From an uncultured Chloroflexia bacterium (GTDB lineage: Bacteria > Chloroflexota > Limnocylindria > Limnocylindrales > CSP1-4), in assembly GCA_963697415.1 (NCBI GenBank), contig CAVONW010000003.1:1275373-1339372 (forward strand): DNA of 64,000 nucleotides, read 5' to 3'. This document shows positions 1-10,587 of the stretch, piece by piece. The translations under genes were made by a program, and so were the position numbers. The notes beneath the pieces are model-generated. The model saw only the letters and a list, made by a program, of their open reading frames with translations. It did not search any database and was not told the origin of the DNA. Within the stretch, counting starts at the first letter, position 1. Each line of letters starts with the position of its first letter.

Positions 1-836
1 AACGCGGCTGCCCGTGGCGGTGCGAGTTCTGCGCGGCATCCATCCGGTTGACGAACCGCTACAAGGTGAAGCCGGTAGACAAGATCCTCGCCGAGATCCA
101 CGAGATCAAGCGCCTCTGGCCGACCCCGTTCATCGAGTTCGCGGACGACAACTCGTTCGTCAACCGACGCCATTCGAGGGAGCTCCTCCGCGCCCTGGCC
201 GGCGAGCACGTCAAGTGGTTCACCGAGACGGATATCGCGGTCGCCGACGACCCGGAGCTCCTCGAGCTCATGCACGCGGCGGGCTGCGCGGAGGTCCTGA
301 TCGGGCTGGAAAGCCCTACCGCGAGCGGGGTTGACGGGGTGGAGCTGCGCCGGAACTGGAAGCGCAGTCGGTTCGACGGATATGCCGACGCGATCCGGCG
401 CATCCAGGGCCACGGGATCGCGGTGAACGGCTGCTTCGTTCTCGGCCTGGATGGCGACGGGCCCGGGGTCTTCGAAGCGATCGAGGCCTTCGTCCGCCGG
501 AGCGGCCAGTTCGACGTCCAGATCACGGTCATGACGCCGTTTCCCGGGACGCCGCTGTACGACCGGCTGCTGTCCGAGGGCCGCCTTCTCGAGCCGACGG
601 CCTGGGAGCGCTGCAGCCTCTTCGACGTCAACTTCCGACCGCTCGGGATGTCGCCTGAACAACTCCAGGCCGAGGGGCTGGAGTTGGGCGGGCGGCTGTA
701 CACGGAGGAGGAGCGGACCGCCCGTCGCCACCGGTTCCACGACCAGCGCCGGAGCTTCCTGCGGAACCAACGATGGGCGCGGAAGGCGCACAAGGACGAC
801 AAGCCCGAAGCACAGGAGGCGAGGATATCGGTATGA
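1..836 (+). CDS. B12-binding radical SAM family protein (5' part outside window)
   Basis: The frame from position 3 reads RGCPWRCEFC (CxxxCxxC) and continues into ORF 48..836 with FADDN, IGLES, FVLGLDGD and TPFPGTPLY motifs. Confidence 0.85.
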   Translation, partial: RGCPWRCEFCAASIRLTNRYKVKPVDKILAEIHEIKRLWPTPFIEFADDNSFVNRRHSRELLRALAGEHVKWFTETDIAVADDPELLELMHAAGCAEVLIGLESPTASGVDGVELRRNWKRSRFDGYADAIRRIQGHGIAVNGCFVLGLDGDGPGVFEAIEAFVRRSGQFDVQITVMTPFPGTPLYDRLLSEGRLLEPTAWERCSLFDVNFRPLGMSPEQLQAEGLELGGRLYTEEERTARRHRFHDQRRSFLRNQRWARKAHKDDKPEAQEARISV

Positions 837-1246
837 CGAAGATGTCAACGAACGGGACGCTGCGGCGTTTCCGCCTGTTCTTTCTGGTTGCGGCCATCTA
901 CGACCTGGCGTTGGGCCTCGCCTTCTTCTTCCTGTACCAGCCGCTGTTCGACTGGCTCGGGATGGAGGCCCCGCCCCACGTTTCGTGGGTCCATCTCCCG
1001 GCCGTCTTCGTGTTCGTCCAGGGCCTCGGCTATGGACTCGTGTGGGGTGACCCGCTGGGCAACCTCGGGATCGTGCGGGTCGGCATCGTCTACAAGTTCA
1101 GCTACACCGCGCTGTCCGCCTACTACCTCCTGACTGATCAGATCCCGGCCATCTTCTTCGCGTGGTTCGGGCTGTTCGATTTCCTCTTCTTCATCGGGTT
1201 CGTGTGGTTCTTGCGCTGGGCCGGCCGACGAGCGACGAGTTCGTGA
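833..1246 (+). CDS. Small multi-pass membrane protein
   Basis: ATGA overlap with the upstream stop, GAGGA RBS, about four hydrophobic segments. Confidence 0.7.
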   Translation: MTKMSTNGTLRRFRLFFLVAAIYDLALGLAFFFLYQPLFDWLGMEAPPHVSWVHLPAVFVFVQGLGYGLVWGDPLGNLGIVRVGIVYKFSYTALSAYYLLTDQIPAIFFAWFGLFDFLFFIGFVWFLRWAGRRATSS

Positions 1247-1749
1247 TCGGGGCAGGGACCTCTAAGCGGATCCCCGTCGAACTCACCCGGGATCGACGTT
1301 TCGGGCGGCGTGTCAGGCGTCTGGCGGCCGTGAGTGCCGTCGCCCTGGGCCTGATTTGGGCCCTGGCCGTCAGGACGCTCGAGGCCCCGACGTGGGTCGG
1401 CGCGCTGTTCGCGGGCGGCTGGCTGCTCATGCCGTCCACGCTGCTCGCCAGCCTCGCCCGCCCGAGGCTCCGCTACGGGTTGGCGGTGCCCGCGTCGCTC
1501 GTTTCAATCGGCCTGATCGCCGTCGCCGCCGGCTGGCTCCCGGGCGATCCGCTCGTTGCGGCCGGCTGGCTGCTGATGTTGGCCGGGGTTGCGCTCGGCG
1601 GCGGCATGGGCCTGTGGTTCTGGTATCGCCTCCTGCCCGTACCCGCCGGACTCGACGCCCCCTTTTCGACGGGACGATGGTCATTGATCGCGATTCACGT
1701 CGCCCTGGTCGTGACCGGTTTCGCGCTGGCGGCTCAGGCGCTCTGGTAG
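1243..1749 (+). CDS. Membrane protein, hypothetical
   Basis: GTGA overlap with the previous stop; about five hydrophobic segments. Confidence 0.65.
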   Translation: MIGAGTSKRIPVELTRDRRFGRRVRRLAAVSAVALGLIWALAVRTLEAPTWVGALFAGGWLLMPSTLLASLARPRLRYGLAVPASLVSIGLIAVAAGWLPGDPLVAAGWLLMLAGVALGGGMGLWFWYRLLPVPAGLDAPFSTGRWSLIAIHVALVVTGFALAAQALW

Positions 1750-1775
1750 GTCCAGCCGGCAGCCGCAGACTGCCG

Positions 1776-2075
1776 TCAGACCTTGATCTCGTCGATCCAG
1801 CACCAGGTCCAGGTGTGCCCGGGCACCTTCGCCCGGATGATCGGGTGACCGGTCACGCCGTAGTGGGCTCGCGCGTGCCGGTTGGGCGACAGGTCGCAAC
1901 AGCCGACATGACCGCAAGTCAGGCATAGCCGAAGCTCGACCCACTTGCCGCCGATCGCGAGGCACTCCTCGCAACCTTCGGTGCGCGGCACCACGTCGCG
2001 GATCTGGTCGAGATGGGTGCACGCGGGTGGGCGCGGTCCAACCAGCCGTCGGAGGGTGTCGACGAGCCGTGTCAT
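1776..2075 (-). CDS. UBP-type zinc finger protein
   Basis: CTH...GCEEC...LRLCLTCGHVGCCD.SPNRHA.AH...W.WCWIDE pattern. Confidence 0.9.
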   Translation of the reverse strand: MTRLVDTLRRLVGPRPPACTHLDQIRDVVPRTEGCEECLAIGGKWVELRLCLTCGHVGCCDLSPNRHARAHYGVTGHPIIRAKVPGHTWTWCWIDEIKV

Positions 2076-2182
2076 GCAGCCCCAGCCCTGCCGATGACAG
2101 GCGCGGGCGCCGGTATTCGTGTTCTGTCCCGACTGCTCATCGGGAGAGCGTAGACGGAAGGTCAACCATTCCACCCTCGGTC

Positions 2183-2255
2183 AGCCCAACCAACCCGCAG
2201 CGACTGGGCCATTTGGCCCTTCCCATCCGGCGCAAATCGATGGCTCCATGATGCA
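2183..2255 (+). repeat. About 70-bp dispersed direct repeat, copy 1, containing palindrome GGGCCATTTGGCCC
   Basis: Aligns by eye with 7819..7889. Confidence 0.85.
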
Positions 2256-2318
2256 TTGGGGTGTCGCGTCCCGGCGGTGGCGATTGCGTCACGCAACGCT
2301 CGGGGAGGAGGCAACGGC

Positions 2319-2840
2319 ATGTCCGACATGGCCCAGGGCGCGGGGACGGGACCGCGCGATCGCATCGTCTTCGCAGTCGTCCTCATCGCGGTCGGAGTCG
2401 TTGGGCTCGCATCGCAGATGTTCGAGTTCTCGACCGATGTCGGTGGCTGGATCGTCATGCTCATCGGCCTTGGGTTCCTCGGAGCCTTTGTCTTCACGCG
2501 CCAGTACGGCTTCCTGATCCCGGGCGGGATCATGACCGGCCTCGGAGCCGGAATCATCGCCTCGGAGGGCCTCACCCTCACCGACGAGGAGACCGGCGGC
2601 GTCATCGTTCTCGGCCTGGGCCTCGGATTCCTCGGGATCTGGGTGATCGGGGCGATCGTGCGGGTCGCTCAGCATCACTGGTGGCCGATCATTCCGGGTG
2701 GCATCCTCACCGTGATCGGCGCGGCGCTGCTGATCGGCGGCCAGGCGGTCGACATCCTCGACTACTGGGGCGTCGTCATCATCGCGCTCGGACTGTTCGT
2801 CCTCTGGCGCGCGTTCGTCGAGGGCCGTTCCCGCACATAG
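2319..2840 (+). CDS. Membrane protein (LiaF/LiaI-like hydrophobic repeats)
   Basis: GGAGGAGG RBS; repeated LIPGGI / IIPGGIL transmembrane pattern. Confidence 0.7.
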   Translation: MSDMAQGAGTGPRDRIVFAVVLIAVGVVGLASQMFEFSTDVGGWIVMLIGLGFLGAFVFTRQYGFLIPGGIMTGLGAGIIASEGLTLTDEETGGVIVLGLGLGFLGIWVIGAIVRVAQHHWWPIIPGGILTVIGAALLIGGQAVDILDYWGVVIIALGLFVLWRAFVEGRSRT

Positions 2841-2961
2841 ACCGAGGCCAGATCGCGTCCACGGCCGCCTGGCTTGGCTCTCCCACCCCGGAGACGCCTG
2901 ATCGAGCACGCACCTGCGGATCGGGCGCGAACGCGGTCGATCCCGTGAAGGAGGAACCGTC

Positions 2962-5310
2962 TTGAACCCGATCCTTCCCAACGGCTCATCGAGCCGCGAG
3001 CCCGCGACGGTCAAGGTGGCGATGTGGAGCGCGCGGCACCGCTGGCCGGTGTTCGCCGCGTGGTTCGTTCTCACGATCGGGCTCTTCGTCGGCAGCCTGG
3101 CCATGGGTGGCATCGACACAGGCGACGCGGGCGGCGATCCCAACGATCAGAAGCTCGAGGCGACAGAGGCCTGGGAGGTCTTTGACGCGGGCGGCGCCAA
3201 CGACCCGTTCGAGCAGCTCTACTTCGTCGTCGCGGGCGGTCCCGGTGCGGCGGCCGACTCGTCGTTCCAGTCGGCCGTGGGCGAGTTCGTCAGCCAACTC
3301 CGCGGTTCAGCTGTTGTCATCGACGGCACCTCGACCCCGACCTTCGACCAGCTCACCAACCCCTTCGAGGCTCCGCCAGAGGCCGGCCTCATCTCGGCCG
3401 ACGGGACGACGGTGCGGTTCCCGGCTCGTGTTCCGGGCGATGCCGCGCGCGCGCGCCTTCTCCTCGAGCCTGTGCTTCCGATCGTGGATGCCACGCGGGC
3501 CGCGCACCCGGAGTTCACCGTCCATGCGATCGGCAACACGTTCATCAACGACGACATCAACAGGCTGATCTCGGAGGGTCTCGACGAGTCGCTGAAGCTC
3601 ACGATCCCGCTGACCATGATCATCCTGCTGGTCGCGTTCGGCGCCGTCGTTGCCTCGGTGGTGCCCCTGGTGCTCGCGATCACATCCATCGTGGCCGCCC
3701 TCGGGATCCTTGGCATCTACAGCCAGGTCGTCGGCGTGGTCAGTCCGTATGCGACCCAGCTCCTCGTCCTGATCGGGCTGGCCGTGGCCATCGACTACTC
3801 GCTGTTCATGATCACCCGCTTCCGGGTGGAGCGGCGGCGGGGCCGGTCTCGCGCCGGGGCGATCGAGGCCTCGAGCAGCACGTCCGGACGCGCCGTCTTC
3901 TTCTCCGGCCTGGCGGTGATGGTCTCGCTGGCCAGCCTCGTGACGCTCGGGATCAACTTCTTCACCTCGATGGCCGTGGCGACGGTCTCCGTCGTCTTCG
4001 TCTCCGTCGCCGGGAGCCTGACCTTCCTGCCGGCCACGTTGTCGATCCTTGGCGACCGGGTGAATCTCGGCCGGGCGTCGACCTGGCTCCCCCGACTTGC
4101 CGCCGCCTTGCCACTTGGACCGATCAGCCGGTGGGGCCGCTCGGCCATCGCGTGGCTTGATCGGCGCTCCGAGCGCCGCGAAGGAGCGGGATTCTGGGGC
4201 AGCCTCGTGACCGGGGTGATGGCCCGGCCCATCTCGCTGACGATCCTGTCTGCGGCCGTCCTGATCGCCGTCGGCTCACCGGTGCTCCATCTGAAGATCG
4301 GGGTCACCGACATCACGGCGTTCCCCGACTCGATCGACGGCGTGGCAGGGGTCAACCTGCTCAACGAGAAATGGCCGGGGGGCACCCAGCTGCAGCTCGC
4401 GGTCATTGTGACCAACGCCGACCGGCCCGAGACGCAGGCGGCGATCGAACGACTCAAGACCGAGGGCCTGAAGCTCGACGAGCTCAACGAGCCGGTCGAG
4501 GTGACACCGTCACGCGACGGCAAGGCTGCCGCCGTCATCTTCACGATGGCGGGCGGCCAGAATGACGAAGCCAACCGGGACGCGGTCCGCGAGGTACGCG
4601 AGGAAGTGAACCCGTCGGTCTTCGGCGGGCTGCCCGACGTCCGGACCTACGTCAGCGGCGGAGCCGCGGCGTCCGTTGACGTGACCAAGGTCTACGCGGA
4701 CGGGACGCCGCTGATCTTCCTGTTCGTGCTCGGCCTGTCGTTCCTGCTCATGCTCGTGGCATTCCATTCGATCGTCATCCCGATCAAGGCCATCCTGCTG
4801 AACCTGCTGTCCACGGCCGCCGCCTACGGTGCCCTGGTCCTGGTCTTCCAGGATGGCTGGCTGGCCGAGCCGCTCGGGATCACGCCCAGCGGCGTCATCG
4901 AGAGCTGGGTGCCGATCTTCATCTTCGCAGTCCTGTTCGGGCTCTCGATGGACTATCACCTGTTCATCCTCACCCGGATCAAGGAGGCGAGGGACCGCGG
5001 GGCCAACTCTCACGCAGCGGTCGCCACCGGAATCGCTGCCACCTCGGGCGTGATCACCAGTGCGGCCTCGATCATGGTCGTTGTCTTCGCCGTGTTCCTG
5101 ACCCTGAGGTTCGTGTTCCTCCAGCAGCTGGGCCTGGGGCTCGCAGTGGCGGTGTTCATCGATGCGACGCTGATCCGCTGCGTCCTCCTGCCGGCATCGA
5201 TGACCCTCCTCGGTGACTGGAACTGGTGGATGCCGCGGTTCCTCGACTGGATCCCGCGGGTCACGATCGAGGGCGAACCGGACGAGGTGGACGTGCCGGA
5301 TCCGGCATGA
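2962..5310 (+). CDS. MMPL family transporter
   Basis: IGLAVAIDYSLF and FGLSMDYHLF motifs, two TM clusters, C-terminal LLGDWNWW; AAGGAGG RBS before TTG. Confidence 0.93.
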   Translation: MNPILPNGSSSREPATVKVAMWSARHRWPVFAAWFVLTIGLFVGSLAMGGIDTGDAGGDPNDQKLEATEAWEVFDAGGANDPFEQLYFVVAGGPGAAADSSFQSAVGEFVSQLRGSAVVIDGTSTPTFDQLTNPFEAPPEAGLISADGTTVRFPARVPGDAARARLLLEPVLPIVDATRAAHPEFTVHAIGNTFINDDINRLISEGLDESLKLTIPLTMIILLVAFGAVVASVVPLVLAITSIVAALGILGIYSQVVGVVSPYATQLLVLIGLAVAIDYSLFMITRFRVERRRGRSRAGAIEASSSTSGRAVFFSGLAVMVSLASLVTLGINFFTSMAVATVSVVFVSVAGSLTFLPATLSILGDRVNLGRASTWLPRLAAALPLGPISRWGRSAIAWLDRRSERREGAGFWGSLVTGVMARPISLTILSAAVLIAVGSPVLHLKIGVTDITAFPDSIDGVAGVNLLNEKWPGGTQLQLAVIVTNADRPETQAAIERLKTEGLKLDELNEPVEVTPSRDGKAAAVIFTMAGGQNDEANRDAVREVREEVNPSVFGGLPDVRTYVSGGAAASVDVTKVYADGTPLIFLFVLGLSFLLMLVAFHSIVIPIKAILLNLLSTAAAYGALVLVFQDGWLAEPLGITPSGVIESWVPIFIFAVLFGLSMDYHLFILTRIKEARDRGANSHAAVATGIAATSGVITSAASIMVVVFAVFLTLRFVFLQQLGLGLAVAVFIDATLIRCVLLPASMTLLGDWNWWMPRFLDWIPRVTIEGEPDEVDVPDPA

Positions 5311-5336
5311 ACCGAACGTATTCAGTGAGGTTGACC

Positions 5337-6831
5337 ATGAAGCCCTGGAGGCTGTGGGTCCGCTCGGCGATCCTGAGCGTGGTCGGTGCCGCGCTGCTAT
5401 TGGCGCCGATTGGGGACACGTCAGCGCGGCACCGACGCCGCTGCAGGAAATCAAACCTGGCGGAGGTCGATGCCTACATCACCTCCCAGACTGCACGACC
5501 TCGGCATTCCCGGGATGGCCCTCTCCGTCGTCCAGGGCGATCAGATCGTTCGTGCGCAAGGCTTCGGAACTGCCGATTTGTCCGGCGGGCGGTCACCCCG
5601 CAGACCCCATTCGGCATCGGTTCGATCACCAAGTCGTTCACGGCCCTGGCGGTGATGCAGCTGGTGGAGGCGGGCAAGATCGATCTGGATGCGCCGGTCC
5701 AGCGATACCTGCCCTGGTTCCGCCTTGCCGACCCGGAGGCGTCGGCGAGGATCACGATCCGAGACCTGCTTCACCAGACGACGGGCATCTCCGAGAGGGA
5801 TGGCAACGGCTTCTGGGCCAGCCAGCAAGGGCTTGAGGACACGGTGCGCGGACTCGACTCGACTCAGCTCACCCAGCCGGTCGGCACCACGTACCAGTAC
5901 AGCAACATCAACTACTCGATCGCCGGCCTGGTGGTCGAGGAGGTCGCGGGACAGCCGTACGGCGACTACGTGACCCAGCACATCTTCGCGCCGCTCGACA
6001 TGCGGCACTCGTTCACCTCCCGTGACCAGGCGGTGGCCGATGGCCTGTCCGACGGGCACACGTACCTGTTCGGCCAAGTTTTCGCGCTCTGACAGGCCGG
6101 TGCCGCCGGTCTATGCCCCGACGGGATCCTTGATGGCGAGCGCCGAGGACCTGGCGCATTACGCGATCGCGCACCTGGATGACGGCCGATACGGCGACGC
6201 GGCCATTTCTCGCCAGAGGGCGTAGCCGCCCTGCACGCCCCGGCCGTCCAGGTCCCGGGCAGCGACGCTCAGTACGCCATGGGGTGGGGCGTGGTCACCT
6301 GGGAGGCGCAATCGATGATCTTCCATTCCGGTGACGTGTTCAACTACCACAGTTTCATCACGCTGTTGCCCGATGACGACCTCGGGTTCGTGCTCCTGGT
6401 CAATGCCACCGGGTTCGAGCAGCTGAGCCAGGTCGATGGGATCGCACAGGGTGTCCTGAGCCTGCTTCACGGAGAGGCCCTGCCCGAGTCGATTCGGCGC
6501 CGTTCACGAACCGCCTCCTTTATTGGGCCATCGTGTTGACGCCGTTCATCCAGATCCTTGGGATCGTCGTTGGCTCGCGACGGCGCATGCGGCGCGGACG
6601 ACGGACCCTGATCCTGACGGTGGCCCTGAACCTGGGCGCCGTCGTCTCTCTGTTCGGGTTGGCGCAGCTGATCCCATTCCCCTTCCCATCGCTGGTTGCG
6701 GTCTACCCGGAGCTCGGCTATGGCCTGATCGCCGTGGCGACGCTGGGGATCGGATGGAGCGTCATCTATACGGCCATGCGCCTGCAGGCGCGCAGGTCAG
6801 AAACGACGCTCTCACCCAGGCGACCACGTGA
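5337..6831 (+). pseudogene. Serine hydrolase (beta-lactamase/AmpC-like) with C-terminal TM segments; several frameshifts (real or sequencing error); 3' end approximate
   Basis: Fragments across frames: IPGMALSVVQG, GSITKS (SxxK), LLHQTTGI, YSN, FHSG, then a hydrophobic tail. Confidence 0.75.
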
Positions 6832-6889
6832 GTGGTTGACCGTCGCGGGGCCCCGCCACCAGTCTGGAGAGCCGCGGCTGCGGAATCGA

Positions 6890-7800
6890 ATGGATGACAT
6901 TGCGCGCGCGTACGAGGAGATCATCGAACGGTTCGCCGCGTGGGCGGCCGGCGAGGAGGCGATCCGCGCGCGGTGATCATCGGCTCGCGGGCCAGGACCG
7001 AGCGCCCGGCCGACGAGTGGGCCGACCTCGACATCGTGATCTGGAGCACCGACCCGGTGCCGTACCTGGCCAGCCCCGCGTGGACGACCGGGCTCGGCGA
7101 GGCCTGGATGACCTTCACCGAGACCGGCCCGGATCCCAGCGTGCGAGAGCGTCGAGTCCTGTTCGCCGACGGGCTGGACGTAGACTTCGCGTTCCTGGTC
7201 CCCAGCGCCGCGACCAGGCCCAGCGAGACGCTCGCCGATCTCGCCCGAGCGGTCTTCGGCCGCGGCGCCAGGGTCCTCCTGGACCGGGATGGCGTCGTTG
7301 CCGCGTTGCTCGCGGAGGCGCGTCCTCCGGCGCCGCCCCCGCCTCCGAATGCCGCCGCCCTTGACCAGGCGGCGTCGGACTTCTGGTACCACGCCGTGTG
7401 GACTGCCAAGCACCTTCGCCGCGGGGAGCTCTGGTGGGCGAAGGGGTCCTGCGACCTTCACCTCAAGCAGCTCCTCCTCGAGGTGCTCGAGTGGGACGCA
7501 GCGGCCGGCGGGCGGGACCCCTGGTTCCGAGGCCGCTTCCTGGAGCAGTGGGCCGACGCGGAGACCGTTCGCGGCCTGCGTTCGGCGTTCGCCCGCTATG
7601 ACGAGGACGACATCTGGGCTGCCCTCGGAGTCACGATGGACCTGTTCTCACGCGTCGCACGCCCGCTCGCGACGACCCTCGGGCTGCCGTACCCGGAGCA
7701 GGCCGAGGATCGGGCCGGGAGTTGGTGCGCGGGTACGAGGCAACGAGAGGCCACGCGCGTGAGCGAGGGTCGGCTGCAGGGTCGGGCCCCTGACAGGTGA
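6890..7800 (+). CDS. Aminoglycoside 6-adenylyltransferase-like nucleotidyltransferase, frameshift near 6970
   Basis: MDDIARAYEEIIERFAAWA joins VIIGSRAR...DEWADLDI; FWY...KHLRRGELW; GRFLEQWAD. Confidence 0.8.
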
Positions 7801-7818
7801 GCCCGTTCGCGCTCGCCG

Positions 7819-7889
7819 AGCCGACCCACCCGCACTGACCGGGCCATTTGGCCCTTCCGTCCGGCGCGGCTCGATGGCTCCATGAGGCA
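7819..7889 (+). repeat. About 70-bp dispersed direct repeat, copy 2
   Basis: GGGCCATTTGGCCCTTCC..CCGGCGC...TCGATGGCTCCATGA shared with 2183..2255. Confidence 0.85.
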
Positions 7890-8047
7890 ACGACGACGCT
7901 TGGTCTGATCGTACTTTGGTGCGCGCGCGCGGAGGCACGCTCTGCGCACGTGACTCGAAGCGTCGTGGATGCCAAGACCAGATCTACCGAACGGTCGGAA
8001 TGAACTTGCGTGATCGTTGTATCGTGCGCGACAAGAGGAGGACCCAA

Positions 8048-8867
8048 GTGAAATCCAGATGGCTGACGATTCTTCCGGTGCTTGCCCTGGCTGTCGCCGC
8101 ATGTGGGGGCGGCGCCTCGCCAAGCCCTGCCGCGAGCGAGGGACCCGGCCTGCCGGACCTCAACGGTCGCACGATCACGGTCGCCGTCGAGAACGCCTAT
8201 TTGCCGTTCAACTACATCGACCCCGCGACGAAGGAAGGCGCGGGCTGGGACTACGACGCCATGGCCGCGATCTGCGAGAAGCTCAACTGCACGGCGCAGT
8301 GGGAGGAGACCGAGCTGGAACTGGATGATCCAGGCCGTGTCCGATGGCCAGTTCGATATGGCGATGGACGGCATCACGATCACCCCGGACCGCGCCGAAA
8401 TCGTGGCGTTCTCGCGCGGCTACATCTCGGTGGAGCAGCAGTTGATCGTCCGCAAGGACGAGGCGCGCTTCGCCACACTCGCTGAGTTCAAGGCCGGTGA
8501 CTACAAGGTCGGGACCCAGATCGCGACCACGAACTACGAGACGGCGGCGGGCGAGTATGGCGAAGCCCGGGTCACCGGCTTCGACCAGTTCGCGTTCGCC
8601 GTCCAGGCGCTCATCAACGAGGACGTCGACGCCGTGATCATCGACTCGACCGCCGGCCAGGGTTACGTCGGCGAGAACGCGGACGCGATCCGGCTGATCG
8701 AGGGCTCACTGTCATCCGACCAGCTCGGGTTCATCTTCCCGCTCGGGTCGGACCTCGTGGCTCCGATCAACGCGGCACTCGATGCGATGGAGGCCGACGG
8801 CACGCTCGCCGCTCTGGCCGACAAGTTCTTCTCGGACAAGTTCACCATCACCTACGACGACCTGTAG
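8048..8867 (+). CDS. Polar amino-acid ABC transporter substrate-binding lipoprotein (SBP family 3), frameshift near 8320
   Basis: Lipobox LAVAAC, ENAYLPFNY, GWDYD in one frame; GQFDMAMDGITITPDR in the next frame. Confidence 0.85.
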
Positions 8868-8892
8868 CAGCGGACCCAGCCAGGAGTTCGAT

Positions 8893-8922
8893 GAAGAAGC
8901 CCGGCCGTTGCCGGGCTTCTTC
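8893..8922 (+). terminator. 13-bp stem hairpin between SBP and permease (terminator or mRNA stabiliser)
   Basis: GAAGAAGCCCGGC-CGTT-GCCGGGCTTCTTC. Confidence 0.7.
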
Positions 8923-8939
8923 CGCCCAGGGAGCGTTGC

Positions 8940-9755
8940 GTGACCGGACCTGAGGTTCCAGGGGGCGGCGTCGAGGCGGTCGACCTCGGGCTGATCGACC
9001 GCTGGCGACGCCGCGATGTGAGGGAAGCGCCACTCTGGCTGTTCGCCATCCTGGCCATCCTGGCCCTGATGGCGTTCACGGTTGCCACGAATCGCTCGTT
9101 CGCCAACGCGTTCGAGATCATCATCCCGGGCATCACCACCACGCTCCGGATCACGCTCGTCTCGTTCGTCATCTCGGTGGTTCTGGGCCTGATCGCCGGA
9201 CTCGGCCGGGTCTCGCGGAACTTCGTGCTGCGCAACCTGGCGATCACCTACGTCGAGTTCGTGCGCGGCGTCCCGATCGTCGTGCTGATCCTGATGATCG
9301 CGTTCGTGCTGGTACCGATCGCGTCGAGGGCGATCGGCTTCGCCAACAACGCGATCCCCCAGGAGGCCAGGTTCATCGTCGCCCTGTCGCTGATCTACGG
9401 GGCGTTCATGGCCGAGATCTTCAGGGCCGGCGTCGAGTCGGTCCCGCAGGGTCAGATGGAAGCCGGCCGATCGCTCGGCCTCACGCACGCCCAGACGATG
9501 CGCTCGATCATCCTTCCCCAGGCGATCCGGACGGTGCTCCCCGCCCTGGGCAACGATTTCATCGCCCTGCTCGAGGACTCGGCTCTCGCAACGCTGCTTG
9601 GGGTCCGGGATTTGACCCAGGGGGCCCGCCTGTACACCGGACGGACCTTCCGCTTCGACGAGGCCTTCCTCGTCCTGACCTTCCTGTACCTGACGATGAC
9701 CCTGGTCCTGTCACTGTTCGTCCAGTGGCTGCAGCGGAGGCTGGCACGTGGCTGA
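8940..9755 (+). CDS. Amino-acid ABC transporter permease (HisM/GlnP family)
   Basis: YVEFVRGVP; EAA loop AEIFRAGVESVPQGQMEAGRSLGL. Confidence 0.92.
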   Translation: MTGPEVPGGGVEAVDLGLIDRWRRRDVREAPLWLFAILAILALMAFTVATNRSFANAFEIIIPGITTTLRITLVSFVISVVLGLIAGLGRVSRNFVLRNLAITYVEFVRGVPIVVLILMIAFVLVPIASRAIGFANNAIPQEARFIVALSLIYGAFMAEIFRAGVESVPQGQMEAGRSLGLTHAQTMRSIILPQAIRTVLPALGNDFIALLEDSALATLLGVRDLTQGARLYTGRTFRFDEAFLVLTFLYLTMTLVLSLFVQWLQRRLARG

Positions 9756-10503
9756 GCGACCCGCCTTCGGGCCGGACGACCGAATCGTCGTGGACCACCT
9801 GTCCAAGTCCTTCGGGTCCATCCGCGCCGTTCGCGACGCGAGTCTCCGGATCAAGAAGGGCACGGTGACGATCATCATCGGCCCGTCCGGCTCGGGCAAG
9901 TCCACCGTGCTGCGCTGCATGAACCACCTCGAGGTGCCGACCTCTGGCGCCGTCTACATCGACGGCGTGCACCTGGAGGCGAAGGACACCGACATCAACA
10001 CAGTCCGGCGCGAGATCGGGATGGTCTTCCAGCAGTTCAACCTCTTTCCGCACATGTCGGTCCTGGACAACATCACGCTGGCCCAGCGGATGGTTCGCGG
10101 GCGCTCGAAGCAGGAAGCGGTCGATGTCGCCATGGCCCAGCTCGAGCGGGTGGGCATTCCGGAGCAGGCCCTTAAACGGCCGGGTGCCCTGTCCGGCGGT
10201 CAGCAGCAGCGGGTCGCCATTGCGCGGTCACTGGCCATGAACCCCAAGGCCATGCTTTTCGACGAGCCGACTTCGGCACTGGATCCCGAGATGATCAAGG
10301 AGGTCCTGGACGTGATGCTCGAGCTGGCCGCCTCGGGCATGACGATGGTCGTCGTGAGCCACGAGATGGGCTTCGCCCGCCAGGTCGGCTCGCACATGGT
10401 GATGATGGACTTCGGCGAGATCGTGGAGGAAGGTGAAGCCGAGGAGATGTTCACCAGCCCTCGGCACCCGCGCACGCAGGAGTTCTTCTCCAAGATCCTG
10501 TGA
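9748..10503 (+). CDS. Amino-acid ABC transporter ATP-binding protein (GlnQ-like)
   Basis: GPSGSGKS, LSGGQQQR, FDEPTSALDPE. Confidence 0.95.
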   Translation: MAERPAFGPDDRIVVDHLSKSFGSIRAVRDASLRIKKGTVTIIIGPSGSGKSTVLRCMNHLEVPTSGAVYIDGVHLEAKDTDINTVRREIGMVFQQFNLFPHMSVLDNITLAQRMVRGRSKQEAVDVAMAQLERVGIPEQALKRPGALSGGQQQRVAIARSLAMNPKAMLFDEPTSALDPEMIKEVLDVMLELAASGMTMVVVSHEMGFARQVGSHMVMMDFGEIVEEGEAEEMFTSPRHPRTQEFFSKIL

Positions 10504-10587
10504 GGCCGAGCCCAGAGGGCCGTTGGCCGTGGGCTGTGGGGCCGTGGGCCGTGGAGCCAGCCGGTCCGGCCGCTACACTGCGCCCTC

